Virus record (IMG/VR): IMGVR_UViG_3300006931_000029 | Span: 124,001 to 188,000 of that record | Reading direction: 5' to 3' (one strand) | Length of the DNA: 64,000 nucleotides | In this document: piece after piece, positions 1 to 9,307 of the stretch | How the letters are laid out: every line of letters begins with the position of its first letter | Numbering within the stretch: the stretch's first letter is position 1 | The notes under the pieces: model-generated | The model's input: only the letters and a program-made list of their open reading frames with translations | What the model was told of the DNA's origin: nothing | Database searches by the model: none | Made by a program: the position numbers and the translations under genes

Positions 1-129
1 GCATCCTACGAGTCCCATGCGGACACGGACACCAAACATCATCCGCGTGAACCCGATTTCCCAGCGACCACCGAGAGACACCCAGCGGTGGAAGAAATTT
101 TCGTTGGGTTGTGCCGGTTTGAAAACCAT
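1..129 (-). CDS. hypothetical protein, partial (runs off window)
   Basis: ATG at 129, open to position 1 (MVFKPAQPNENFFHRWVSLGGRWEIGF...); TGTTTACA motif 29 nt upstream. Confidence 0.6.
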   Translation of the reverse strand, partial: MVFKPAQPNENFFHRWVSLGGRWEIGFTRMMFGVRVRMGLVGC

Positions 130-164
130 GACTCTATCTTAAGAACGTATCAAAATGTGTAAAC

Positions 165-200
165 AAAAAAAAAGAGGGCAGCTTTCGCCGCCCTCCTTTT
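165..200. terminator. intrinsic terminator, probably bidirectional
   Basis: GAGGGC(174-179)/GCCCTC(190-195) stem flanked by an A9 run and a T4 run, directly after the flotillin stop. Confidence 0.7.
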
Positions 201-223
201 CGGGGGTTTGGTGTAGTCCGGCT

Positions 224-2020
224 TTAGGTCTTCTTTGCCGCGGGCACTGCAGGCGAAGGTGTCGTTTCAACGTCCGTCACCATTCCCGCCATCTGAGCGA
301 GTTTGGACGGGTCCATCTTCAGAAGCTTCAGCAACGGCGTAACGTCAACGCCAGCCGCTTTTGCTTTGAGGAAGAATTCAGTAACCATGCCAGGGATTGC
401 GCCAGCGAAACTGGCGACGCCGCCGCCTTTGCCGTCACCGGTGCCCATGTCAACGATGGAAACATTCTTGATCGCACCCAGCGACGTGCCGAGAGGACCG
501 AACATTGCCGCCAACATTTTAGCGCCGGCATCGCCGCCCTTGTCGAAGAGCACAGGAAGACGATCGAGTACCATGATGAATTTGCCTTCTTCAGATAGTT
601 GCTTCAACGCCTCGGCCAATTTCTCGGTACCTTCAGCTTCGGCGAGAAGAGCAGCGCGTTTACCGTTGGCAACAGCGAGCAATCCTTTCTCAGAACCATC
701 GGCTTCGGCAAGAAGAGCAGCACGCCGACCGTCAGCAGCTGCGAGTTGGTTTGCACGAACACCTTCTGCGATGGCGAGTTGGGTTGCCTTATTGCCATCG
801 GCCTCGGCTGTCAACTTGACGCGTGTCGCTTCACCTTCAGCCGCAGCGATCGTGCGAGTCTTGGACGCGATACCTTCACCTTCCTTGACAGCAGCGTTTG
901 CTTTACCGGTTGCCGTGATTTCCAGTTGACGCGCCGTGCGTTCAGACACGGATTGCTGGTTATCGGCCTCAATGAGGGCAGCTTTGGCTTTCGCCTCAGC
1001 TTCGACGATGATTGTCGCCTGCAGTCTCTTTTGGTTGAGACTAGCCTGCTTTTCCTGCACGGCAATACCAGCGTCAGCGGCTGCGGCGTCTCTGGCCGCT
1101 TCTTTCACCCGGAGATTTTGCTCTTGGGCTGTTTTAGCAATGGCGTTGGCCATATCGGCCTCAGCTTTTTTGCCTTCAGTTTGAACCTTAAACTCGGCAA
1201 TCTGAATGTCGCGTTTCTTTTCGGCGTCAGCGACCATAGCGGCGTTCTGCGCCTTTACCTCGGCCGACTCGCGTTCAGCGTTAGACGTCTTGATGGCGGT
1301 TTCCTTCTTTGCTTCTGCCGTGGCGATTTCAGCATCACGGATGATGGCGGCGGTTTCTTTACGGCCGAGAGCCTTGATGTAGCCTTCCGCGTCTTGAACG
1401 TCTTGCACGACCAGCGTGATGATCTGAATCCCGAGACGGCGGAACTCGTCAGACGACTCTTCAAGAACCTGCTTGTTGAACTCAGAGCGATCCCGAAGAA
1501 TCTGCTCGACGCTCAACTTAGCAATGATGCTACGAACGTGACCGCGAAGGATTTCGCTAATCGTGCTCTTGATTTCTTCGGCGTCTTTGCCGAGGAATGC
1601 TTGCACCGCATTCGATTGTTCGTCGGGATTCGGCGAAACACGGCATGTGGCAACGGCAGTGATGTTAACCGGGACGTTCTTGGCCGTCGGCACCTGTTGC
1701 TCCTTAATTTCCACCTGGAAGGCAGCTGTGCTCATGACCTCGAACCGCTCCACGATCGGCATCAAAATCTTACCACCACCGGTGATGATTTTGAATCCGC
1801 GGATACCGGTCTTCTGAACGGACTCCTCGGTGTAGTTGTACTTGTACTTCCGGCCGTAGAAGACGCCGATGCCGTTCGGCGGAACCGTTTTGTAGCGCGA
1901 TGCGGCAATGAAGCCAACGATCGCGACGCAGATAACGACGGCGATGATTACACCTGGAACGAAAAAGCCACCAAGCAAACCGGGGCTTGCTTGAGCGAGG
2001 AAGAGCATGCTAGTATTCAT
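224..2020 (-). CDS. flotillin / SPFH (band 7) domain membrane protein
   Basis: N-terminal TM helix, SPFH core (LRGHVRSIIAKLSVEQILRDRSEFNKQV...LGIQIITLVVQDVQD...GYIKALG), long AEA-rich coiled coil. Confidence 0.93.
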   Translation of the reverse strand: MNTSMLFLAQASPGLLGGFFVPGVIIAVVICVAIVGFIAASRYKTVPPNGIGVFYGRKYKYNYTEESVQKTGIRGFKIITGGGKILMPIVERFEVMSTAAFQVEIKEQQVPTAKNVPVNITAVATCRVSPNPDEQSNAVQAFLGKDAEEIKSTISEILRGHVRSIIAKLSVEQILRDRSEFNKQVLEESSDEFRRLGIQIITLVVQDVQDAEGYIKALGRKETAAIIRDAEIATAEAKKETAIKTSNAERESAEVKAQNAAMVADAEKKRDIQIAEFKVQTEGKKAEADMANAIAKTAQEQNLRVKEAARDAAAADAGIAVQEKQASLNQKRLQATIIVEAEAKAKAALIEADNQQSVSERTARQLEITATGKANAAVKEGEGIASKTRTIAAAEGEATRVKLTAEADGNKATQLAIAEGVRANQLAAADGRRAALLAEADGSEKGLLAVANGKRAALLAEAEGTEKLAEALKQLSEEGKFIMVLDRLPVLFDKGGDAGAKMLAAMFGPLGTSLGAIKNVSIVDMGTGDGKGGGVASFAGAIPGMVTEFFLKAKAAGVDVTPLLKLLKMDPSKLAQMAGMVTDVETTPSPAVPAAKKT

Positions 2021-2599
2021 TTATTCGACAATAAGGGTTGATCCTGAAACTGAGACGACTCTGACTTCCCGCCCGCGTGAAATAAGCAACTCAGTCATCC
2101 TCGCTCTGGCGAAGAAAGTTGTGTATTGACCACTGACAGAAAGAGCAACTTCGCCGGTACCGCCTGGCACAATGTCAATCGTGACGGTGCCGGTTCTGCC
2201 GACAGCAGAGTCGATGTCCAAATTAGACGAGGCTTGCTGGCTGTAGAGCATGCGCAACATTCCGATCATCAATCCGCCAAGGCTCATACCGGATGCAAGA
2301 CCGACAAGCGATGAGCTCGTAACGCCAAGACCGTAGACGGTTGATAAGGCGCCGCCAGCTCCGAGACCAACGCAGAAGAGCGCGATGATCTTTGGCGAAA
2401 AGATGCTCACAGTTGCGTGGCCCGAATCTCCGCCATGATCGGCGTCATGGTCGTGCTCGTGACCGCCGTCGCCGTGTCCACCGCCGCCGAATTGGCCGAG
2501 TATCCAAGCAGCGACGAGGTAGACCATTCCAACTGCGATGCACAGCGAGAAGACAAGAAGTTGCGTTGAGTCACGCAGGGCGTTGATGAATGAATTCAT
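2021..2599 (-). CDS. nfeD: NfeD-like membrane protein (short form) with His-rich loop
   Basis: Probable start MNSFINAL at 2599; 3-4 TM helices, HGDGGHEHDHDADH loop, C-terminal OB fold (VGRTGTVTIDI...GEV...ISRGREVRVVSVSGSTLIVE); abuts flotillin. Confidence 0.85.
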   Translation of the reverse strand: MNSFINALRDSTQLLVFSLCIAVGMVYLVAAWILGQFGGGGHGDGGHEHDHDADHGGDSGHATVSIFSPKIIALFCVGLGAGGALSTVYGLGVTSSSLVGLASGMSLGGLMIGMLRMLYSQQASSNLDIDSAVGRTGTVTIDIVPGGTGEVALSVSGQYTTFFARARMTELLISRGREVRVVSVSGSTLIVE

Positions 2600-2838
2600 G
2601 GGAATGTTTGAGAACTGTAACGGTCTGGAAAACTTTGAGGGTACGGAAAGTGTTGAGGACAATCCCGGTTTTTGCAGTTGTCGTCGGCACAGATGTACTC
2701 TTCGCGCCATTGACGCTCGTAGATTCTGCAGGCAACTTCAAACGCTGCGTCGTCCACGTACTCTTCGCGTTGTGGTGCGCCATTCGGGTACGACGTGGTC
2801 TTCTGTAGCCAAAACTTCTTGACGACGATCTTGCTCAC
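2596..2838 (-). CDS. hypothetical protein
   Basis: 80 aa, ATGA-type overlaps with both neighbours. Confidence 0.6.
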   Translation of the reverse strand: MSKIVVKKFWLQKTTSYPNGAPQREEYVDDAAFEVACRIYERQWREEYICADDNCKNRDCPQHFPYPQSFPDRYSSQTFP

Positions 2839-3332
2839 TTGATCAGCGGGAGTTTGATCCGCGGAGACTTACGAGGACGCCTCTTGTTTTCAACCATCTT
2901 CTTCAGGATGGCTGTCCGATTCGCCTTGGCCGACACCAGAGATCGCTCGAGTGATCTGATATGGCCAACAGCTTCCGCGTACGCCACGCGGACAGAATGG
3001 TCGTGAAGCCGATTCCTGAACGTGTCGTCGTCCAGCCGCTGCTGAATCAAGCGCCGGAAAATGCGTAGAAGCGATCGGCGATGGCGGGAGTCCCATGCGA
3101 CGTGGTATGAACCCCGAACGCCGTGGATATAGGCGTGCCCTGACGAATACTTCTCAGAGACCCAGTAGCCGCGAACCCTCATCAGCTCTGGAGAAGGCGG
3201 TTGCTTCTGATCCGTCTGCGCCAGTTGAAAATCTGCCGAATGAACGTAAATCTTACCGCTGTGGCAGAGGAATTCCAGGGTAGCGGAATTGCCCTTGTCG
3301 TCCTTGGCTTTAGTGAAAATCGATTGATTCAC
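2835..3332 (-). CDS. hypothetical protein
   Basis: 165 aa, in operon; GTTCT motif 8 nt before the GTG start. Confidence 0.65.
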   Translation of the reverse strand: MNQSIFTKAKDDKGNSATLEFLCHSGKIYVHSADFQLAQTDQKQPPSPELMRVRGYWVSEKYSSGHAYIHGVRGSYHVAWDSRHRRSLLRIFRRLIQQRLDDDTFRNRLHDHSVRVAYAEAVGHIRSLERSLVSAKANRTAILKKMVENKRRPRKSPRIKLPLIK

Positions 3333-3382
3333 GAAGCCAGAGAACGTAGTCTGGCTAGCCAGGATTCAAAATTGTTTACGAA

Positions 3383-3694
3383 TCAGTTAATAGGCAACCT
3401 AGCTCTGTCTGGAATTCTCAACTGCTTGCCAGTTGGAATGTCCAGAAACGGATCGGTGAGATTGTTCACTTGAGCAATCGCCCACCACAATTTAGCCGTG
3501 CCGTAGAAGCTGAACGAGATGCGATCAAGCCTATTCTCGGCGCCTTGGCGAACGGTGTAAATCTGGTCAGTTGCAGCTGGCAGCACCACCGGTTGTTGGA
3601 GTCCAAGGACGATGACTCCACCGACGTCGTAAACCGGCGTCTTGCTGAACATCGAAAGACTTGGAAGTGGGACCTTCTTAACCGATACGGCCAT
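3383..3694 (-). CDS. baseplate wedge protein, T4 gp53/LysM-like
   Basis: RLDRISFSFYGTAKLWWAIAQVNNLTDPF...GKQLRIP signature. Confidence 0.75.
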   Translation of the reverse strand: MAVSVKKVPLPSLSMFSKTPVYDVGGVIVLGLQQPVVLPAATDQIYTVRQGAENRLDRISFSFYGTAKLWWAIAQVNNLTDPFLDIPTGKQLRIPDRARLPIN

Positions 3695-3699
3695 TTGCC

Positions 3700-4059
3700 C
3701 TAAGTATCACTCTTCTGGTCGCTCCGAACTAGCTTGAGAAGGTGACCGTATCTTCCTGTGAATCTTTCCACCTTGAGCGGAAACGACGGCTCCTCAATCT
3801 TCGAAAATCGTGAAGCCGTCAGGCACGGTTCGTAATTTTTTGGCCCACCTTCAGGCGGGGATCGTCGACCTATTTTCTCGCCATGCGGTGCGAAAACGAT
3901 TAGGTCGATGGTGCCGTCCGACCAGGTTTCTTTAACCTTTCCGAACGTTGGGCTATGATCGTCCGTGTGATCTTTGACCCAGTCTCCGGTTTTGAACGGA
4001 AACTTATTTTTCTGTGTTTGCTTTAGGGGCAAGTTTTTCCTTAAGAGCCAGTTCAACAA
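3700..4059 (-). CDS. hypothetical protein
   Basis: 119 aa, fills the gap; start uncertain (overlaps the ATPase end). Confidence 0.55.
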   Translation of the reverse strand: MLNWLLRKNLPLKQTQKNKFPFKTGDWVKDHTDDHSPTFGKVKETWSDGTIDLIVFAPHGEKIGRRSPPEGGPKNYEPCLTASRFSKIEEPSFPLKVERFTGRYGHLLKLVRSDQKSDT

Positions 4060-5866
4060 CGTTGAGATATTTCGAAACCTTTAGCACCATGTCCGAAGAA
4101 GGTTGTTTCTTCTTCGCAACGGCGTAGTACTTGGTCAACTTGATTAAATTGCGAACAGAACGACCTGCGATAGGGCCGAAGTGCTCAACGAGCCTTCCTA
4201 CGTCAGCGTCCGTGAAGTTCACAGTGAGTTGCTTTGAGAGCATTGTCCAAAGACTAGGAAGCAAGTCAGTCGTGGGTAGCTCGTAATGAAGATGCGCCGT
4301 CGCTCGGCTGAGAATAGCGTCGTCGATGTCATCACCAAGATTTGTGGTCATGAACATGATGCCGCGGTAGTATTCAAGAACGCGCAAAAACACGCCGACA
4401 ATCGCATTTTGTTGGATGTCGTCTCCACGCCGACGAACGTAGACATCGGCCTCGTCTAGCAACAGAATCGCCTCCCATCGCGCAGCCCTAGACAACACAC
4501 GCAGTAGGTTTTTCTCCAGCTGTTCAGGATCAATGCCCAACTGGGAACATTGTACTGAGTAAAACGGTTTTTCAAACGCCTCGGAAGAGGCTTCCGCTGT
4601 TAGCGTTTTTCCTAGCCCTGGACCGCCCGAGCAAATGGTGATGATTCCTCTGGCTTTTCCGCGTACGATGTCGCTGATGTTGACAGTCGTGGACGACAGT
4701 AGGATTTGAATGAACTCCATGTCCGATTCCGGAAGAATCAGCTTCTCCCAAATCGCTTTGTCATACTGATAAGGAATGATTGAATTCGCAGCCACGAAGA
4801 TGTGGAAATCTCGTTGAAGGTCGAACATACGCACGACAGGAATGGTTGGAACAACCGGATTTTTGATATTCCAGAAGTCGCTGCTGTCGTTGTCGTCATC
4901 GCCATCTTTGATTTCAAAACCGGTGGCCTTGTTGAAATCGTCGTCGTAGCCCTCCTCTTCGCAGTCATCCAGAACCAATCTGGATGGCAAACCTTCTACA
5001 GTCAAAGAAACGGTTTTCTCTCGCTGCCACCGGTAGTAGCTGTTCTCGTCCTGTTGAATAGAGATTCCTTCGATAGATTCATCTGATGGAATCCACTGAG
5101 TCCCGACCTTATCCGCAACAGCCGAGTAAGCCCTGTAGCTCTCCTGGTAAGACTTCATGAGCATCGGGTTGCTCAAGTAAAAATCGGCTCTAGCTAAGAC
5201 GGTATCCAACGACACGCCGTCTTGTTTGCGATCTTTCTTGCGCACTATGCGAGTCCTTCCCTCATCGTCTCCATCATTGTCAAGGTCGTCGTTGTCGATG
5301 TCAGACATTAGCGACACGCTACCGTTTCTGAACACGTTGCCGTAGATGTTGTACGTGTCCGTGCATAGGCGTGGGTTCTCCTTGCCGATAATAGCGCTAG
5401 CGCTAACCGTTACGCGCTCCGTAGTTCTGCGACTCGGCGCGGTGTACTCGATAGATGAGACAAACAACGGCGTCTCGAGATAGCCCTTGATCTTCACGAA
5501 AATCCAGCGATGCTCACTTGTCTTTTCGATGGCAGTTTTTAGCACCTTCGACAGCGTAAGTAGGTCGTGGATTTGAACTGATTTTGGGTCAAAATTAGCA
5601 GCTTTCGTTGCCTCTTGGAGTTGGTTCATGCTTCGAGCACGGCGCTCGAGCTCTTTGAACTCGCGATAGACACGAGCAGAGCCAGGAACCTTTTCGTTCA
5701 TGTCTTTAGACGCCAGCTTCTTGACGGCTTCAAGCTGATCCACCGTGGCGTGCGCCAATAGCGCCTCTTCGTCAATCGACCAATGCTCCTTATTCCATGA
5801 TTGGGATGCCTTCCCTTTCTTCAGCGCTTCCTTTAGGAGGTCGGCATAACGGTTAATGATTTGCAT
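4004..5866 (-). CDS. AAA+ ATPase
   Basis: Walker A GGPGLGKT, Walker B LLLDEAD, sensor FMTTN, DDAILSR arginine finger. Confidence 0.9.
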   Translation of the reverse strand: MQIINRYADLLKEALKKGKASQSWNKEHWSIDEEALLAHATVDQLEAVKKLASKDMNEKVPGSARVYREFKELERRARSMNQLQEATKAANFDPKSVQIHDLLTLSKVLKTAIEKTSEHRWIFVKIKGYLETPLFVSSIEYTAPSRRTTERVTVSASAIIGKENPRLCTDTYNIYGNVFRNGSVSLMSDIDNDDLDNDGDDEGRTRIVRKKDRKQDGVSLDTVLARADFYLSNPMLMKSYQESYRAYSAVADKVGTQWIPSDESIEGISIQQDENSYYRWQREKTVSLTVEGLPSRLVLDDCEEEGYDDDFNKATGFEIKDGDDDNDSSDFWNIKNPVVPTIPVVRMFDLQRDFHIFVAANSIIPYQYDKAIWEKLILPESDMEFIQILLSSTTVNISDIVRGKARGIITICSGGPGLGKTLTAEASSEAFEKPFYSVQCSQLGIDPEQLEKNLLRVLSRAARWEAILLLDEADVYVRRRGDDIQQNAIVGVFLRVLEYYRGIMFMTTNLGDDIDDAILSRATAHLHYELPTTDLLPSLWTMLSKQLTVNFTDADVGRLVEHFGPIAGRSVRNLIKLTKYYAVAKKKQPSSDMVLKVSKYLNVVELALKEKLAPKANTEK

Positions 5867-5936
5867 GGGTTAGCTGGAAGTTCTTGGACTATGGCCGACT
5901 CTACCGGCTTAATTTGATTTTGTAAACAAAAAAGAA

Positions 5937-8006
5937 ATGGCTAGAAAGACAGGTAAAAACACCAAGGAGAAACCACTATCTCGAATCGAAAAGGCGATTG
6001 AGGAAGTGATGAAGGGCGAGAACGCCGATCCGCTGTTGCAGAACTTATCCTCTGATGACCAAAAACTTCTCCAGGAAGCACTAGCCGAGTTACGGTCCAG
6101 TCCAGATATGGCCGACGCCTATCTGAAGGACCTATGGCGTTTGGACTACGAGCGGCGTCCACCGTCCATGCAAGAATTCCTCGAAGACCCCTACTGGCTT
6201 GGGGGATTGATGATGAAATCCGAGGAGTCGGAAGGTATGTTTCCGATGTGGAAAAAGCTTCTGTGTCAGGACTTCGACCTGGATTCGCGCGTCCACAACC
6301 TGGTTGTCTCTGGTTCTCTCGGCATCGGTAAGACCTTCGTAACCGTCACGATCTTGCTCTATCGGATCGTTCTCGCCCGGTGTTTGCGTAATCCGCAAGC
6401 ATTCTTCGGTCTCACGAAGGGATCATCCATCTTCTACGCCACGCTATCTGTCACGCGGTCGGTCGTGCAGGAAACCGCCTTCGGTGACTTCCTGAATTTC
6501 ATGACGAACTCGCCCTTCTTCGTGGAGGAGTGTCATTTCAACCCCGAGAAAAAGTACGCCAACTTCCGCATCTCGATCGGCCGAGGAATCTACCTCACGG
6601 CTGGTTCTCAAGGTTGGCACATTATTGGTCGTAACGCAATGGGCGTTGCGTTGGACGAAGGTAACTTCCGTCTCGAAGCCAATCCTGACCTGAAGGCGTA
6701 CAAACTCTATGATGAAGTTCGTACGCGTATTCGTAACCGTTTCCAGCGGATGGCAGGATTCTTGCCGGCTATTTCGATTCTGTCGTCCTCAGCTCGAGAC
6801 GAGTCTTCGTTCACAGAGCGTGTCAAAACGGACATCGAGAAGAGCAAGAAGACCGATCCGGACCAACGCATCTACTCCTATCCTGTTTATGTCATCAAGG
6901 AGCATACGCTGGTTCTCTCGTCCAAGTGGTTCAAGGTAGCGTATGGCCTAAAAAACGTTGATCCTTACGTCCTCAAAGGCATCTACGACAAGAAAGGAAA
7001 TCCTCTGGAAGGTGAGCCTCACGAAATATCACCGCCCGGCGCCAGAGTGGAATTGGTGCCGGAGAACTACAGAGAGGACTTTCGGCGCAACGTTAAAAAC
7101 GCTCTTCAAAACGTTTCTGGTATCTCGACCGGCGGTTCGTTCAGGTTCCTAAGCAATCAAATCGATTTGGAGAAGGCCATTGAAGCCGGCGAAGCGAATG
7201 GAATTGTGGCACCTCACACGATCCTGTCACTGCCCATTTCAGAGGAAGACCAATCCAACATCTGGGACTATCTCAATGCAAAACTTTTTCTCACGAAGCA
7301 GATGAGTCGTCTGCAGCCGAAGCGAGACCCGTTCGCGGCACGCTACTGCCACATCGACTTGGCGACTCGAACACAAGCCGGCATTTCTGTCTGTCACGTT
7401 GCTGGGAAACAGTTGGTTCAAGGACTAGTTCGAGACGGCGGCGAAGTGTTCGATGAGTACAGAGTCGTCGTGGAATACGACTTCATTCTATCTGTGGTCG
7501 CCGGCAAGTCAAAGCCAATCTCGATCATCAAGGTGATCAATTTCCTATACTGGCTACGTGACGTGTGCGGATACCGATTTGCCCTCGTGACCGCCGACCA
7601 ATTTCAATCTGCGCTTCCACTGCAGATGCTGGAGAACAAAGGCTTCAAGATCGCTAACCTCTCTGTGGATCGTTCAAAGAAACCGTACGAAGCATGGAGA
7701 GCTGGGTTTGAGGAACGCCGCATCAGAATGTTCCGCCATGAGATTCTGATGCAGGAAGCCGAAAACCTTTGCGATCTACCGGACAAGGTTGATCACTTGC
7801 CGGACCAAACCAAGGACGTGTGCGACTCAGCAGCTGGTTGCTACTATTCGGCGATCACGTTCAAAGACGATCGAGTGACCAACGCCGCGCACGGAGCAGA
7901 GCCGTCCATCTACACGAACCTGAACAATGACGATGGCGAACCACCGCCGGTGTCAGTCGTCGATTTGAATCAGTACAAGAAGCCCACAAAGAGCTTTAGC
8001 GTCTAA
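5937..8006 (+). CDS. terL: terminase large subunit (T4 gp17-like)
   Basis: Walker A VVSGSLGIGKT, Walker B VALDEGNF, coupling motif LSS, RNaseH-like nuclease residues HIDLA, TADQFQS, TKDVCDSAAG. Confidence 0.9.
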   Translation: MARKTGKNTKEKPLSRIEKAIEEVMKGENADPLLQNLSSDDQKLLQEALAELRSSPDMADAYLKDLWRLDYERRPPSMQEFLEDPYWLGGLMMKSEESEGMFPMWKKLLCQDFDLDSRVHNLVVSGSLGIGKTFVTVTILLYRIVLARCLRNPQAFFGLTKGSSIFYATLSVTRSVVQETAFGDFLNFMTNSPFFVEECHFNPEKKYANFRISIGRGIYLTAGSQGWHIIGRNAMGVALDEGNFRLEANPDLKAYKLYDEVRTRIRNRFQRMAGFLPAISILSSSARDESSFTERVKTDIEKSKKTDPDQRIYSYPVYVIKEHTLVLSSKWFKVAYGLKNVDPYVLKGIYDKKGNPLEGEPHEISPPGARVELVPENYREDFRRNVKNALQNVSGISTGGSFRFLSNQIDLEKAIEAGEANGIVAPHTILSLPISEEDQSNIWDYLNAKLFLTKQMSRLQPKRDPFAARYCHIDLATRTQAGISVCHVAGKQLVQGLVRDGGEVFDEYRVVVEYDFILSVVAGKSKPISIIKVINFLYWLRDVCGYRFALVTADQFQSALPLQMLENKGFKIANLSVDRSKKPYEAWRAGFEERRIRMFRHEILMQEAENLCDLPDKVDHLPDQTKDVCDSAAGCYYSAITFKDDRVTNAAHGAEPSIYTNLNNDDGEPPPVSVVDLNQYKKPTKSFSV

Positions 8007-8041
8007 TCTTTTTTGTTTACATTTTCAACCCACGTGTTCTT

Positions 8042-8278
8042 ATGGCCGACATGGTTGATCCAGTCGAACTCGACAAGTTAGTTGCGGACGCGCTTAAAAA
8101 CGCGATCGAGAACGGCTATGACGAAGTTCGGACCGACGAGCCACGCATCGTTGCGATGGACCTTATGTCCAATGATTCTTTCATCGAGACGAAGATGTCT
8201 GAGGTGGAAGACTTGGAAGAAGCAATCGGCATCGTCACAGCTGCTGTCGAACGCTGGCGCATCGAACACCGGTTTTGA
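8042..8278 (+). CDS. small acidic hypothetical protein
   Basis: 78 aa downstream of the TGTTTACA motif at 8014. Confidence 0.65.
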   Translation: MADMVDPVELDKLVADALKNAIENGYDEVRTDEPRIVAMDLMSNDSFIETKMSEVEDLEEAIGIVTAAVERWRIEHRF

Positions 8279-8279
8279 T

Positions 8280-8579
8280 ATGGTCGAGCTCTTCTTCAAA
8301 GCCACGTGGATTCCGGACATCAAGAAATTCCACGTCCAGTTCAAATGCAAAGGTCACACTCACGTTGAGATGATGGAGCAAGACCGTTACTTTGCGTTCT
8401 GTGATTCGCTCGATGACAGATTGGAAGTAGCTGGATGGAAGATCGAATTTCTACCTCACGGCAACAACGACCCGATTTTCACTGACAAAATCGTGGTTGC
8501 CTTGAGACAGTATTTTCGGGACATCCGCCGAAGCTACGAACTGTCGCTGCAGGGTAGTCCAACAATTTTTCATCTCTAA
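8280..8579 (+). CDS. hypothetical protein
   Basis: Probable start MVELFF at 8280, 1 nt after the upstream stop. Confidence 0.6.
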   Translation: MVELFFKATWIPDIKKFHVQFKCKGHTHVEMMEQDRYFAFCDSLDDRLEVAGWKIEFLPHGNNDPIFTDKIVVALRQYFRDIRRSYELSLQGSPTIFHL

Positions 8580-8580
8580 C

Positions 8581-8656
8581 GCTTCGATAGCTCAACTGGT
8601 AGAGCAGGGTTCTCTAAAAACCTTGGTTGTGGGTTCGATTCCCATTCGAAGCGCCA
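8581..8656 (+). tRNA. amber suppressor tRNA (anticodon CUA), tRNA-Trp-like body
   Basis: 76-nt cloverleaf: GCTTCGA/TCGAAGC acceptor, GCTC/GAGC D stem, GGGTT/AACCT stem with loop CT-CTA-AA (anticodon 8614-8616), GTGGG-TTCGATT-CCCAT T arm, G73, encoded CCA. Confidence 0.93.
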
Positions 8657-8666
8657 TATTTAGTCC

Positions 8667-8924
8667 ATGTCGGACGAACGCAAACTAGTCTCTGTCGATG
8701 AGATTGCCAAGCTACTTGCTAACGAAAACGGCGACTGGCCGTTTTCCGTCGAAGGTGACCAAGTCGAACTCGTCATCGAGAGCAACGTTTACACTCTTTC
8801 GAAAGAAGAATTCAGTCAACTCCAGGACGCGGCGAAGACGGTCAGTTGGAGAGAGTATTCGAACGGCGAACAGGTGGAGTCTGAAACTCCAGAAGCCCTG
8901 GTCGACCGGCTGCTAGACAGTTAA
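8667..8924 (+). CDS. acidic hypothetical protein with C-terminal PxxLVDxLL tag
   Basis: 85 aa ending ETPEALVDRLLDS. Confidence 0.7.
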   Translation: MSDERKLVSVDEIAKLLANENGDWPFSVEGDQVELVIESNVYTLSKEEFSQLQDAAKTVSWREYSNGEQVESETPEALVDRLLDS

Positions 8925-8992
8925 CAGCAGGCAAATAAGTTTTTTACTTTCTCGTTTACAATCGCGAGAAAAAGTATCCATGCTTGACTGTC

Positions 8993-9307
8993 ATGGATAA
9001 AACCTTCTTCCTATTCGATAGAAAAGAAATCGAGGGTTGGAAAGTACGCCTAGCGATGCTATGCCAATCCTGCCCTGTTCACGGTCGACACCCAGACTTT
9101 TGTCCTCTCCTCGAGCTTTCAAAATTAAAGCCTGGGGACCAGATAGACTTCATCAAAACGCTTCCTGTAGACGCTTTGAGGTACGTCTTGGCTAGACACG
9201 AAGTATGCATGGAAAACGAAGTTGGCAAATCGTTAAAAGACGCGTTAGTTAGTTCAAATGCTGACTCGTACGCGTTCTACGAATCGGTTCAAGTCGCTCG
9301 AGCATAA
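8993..9307 (+). CDS. Cys-containing hypothetical protein
   Basis: MDKTFF...CQSCP...CPLL...RHEVC; ATG lies inside an 8-bp inverted repeat. Confidence 0.65.
   Translation: MDKTFFLFDRKEIEGWKVRLAMLCQSCPVHGRHPDFCPLLELSKLKPGDQIDFIKTLPVDALRYVLARHEVCMENEVGKSLKDALVSSNADSYAFYESVQVARA

Noticed and set aside
599-2041. 480-aa plus-strand ORF and other long antisense or alternative-frame ORFs over flotillin and the collagen genes
   Set aside because: Shadows caused by codon bias and repeats; no domain signatures.
8581-8656. Pyrrolysine tRNA
   Set aside because: The cloverleaf is canonical (5-bp anticodon stem, full D-loop, TTC T-loop), unlike tRNA-Pyl; no pyl genes are in the window.
8657-8700. Theta (HDV-like) ribozyme after the suppressor tRNA
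   Set aside because: The trailer is a short AT-rich spacer leading straight into a CDS, with no nested double pseudoknot visible.
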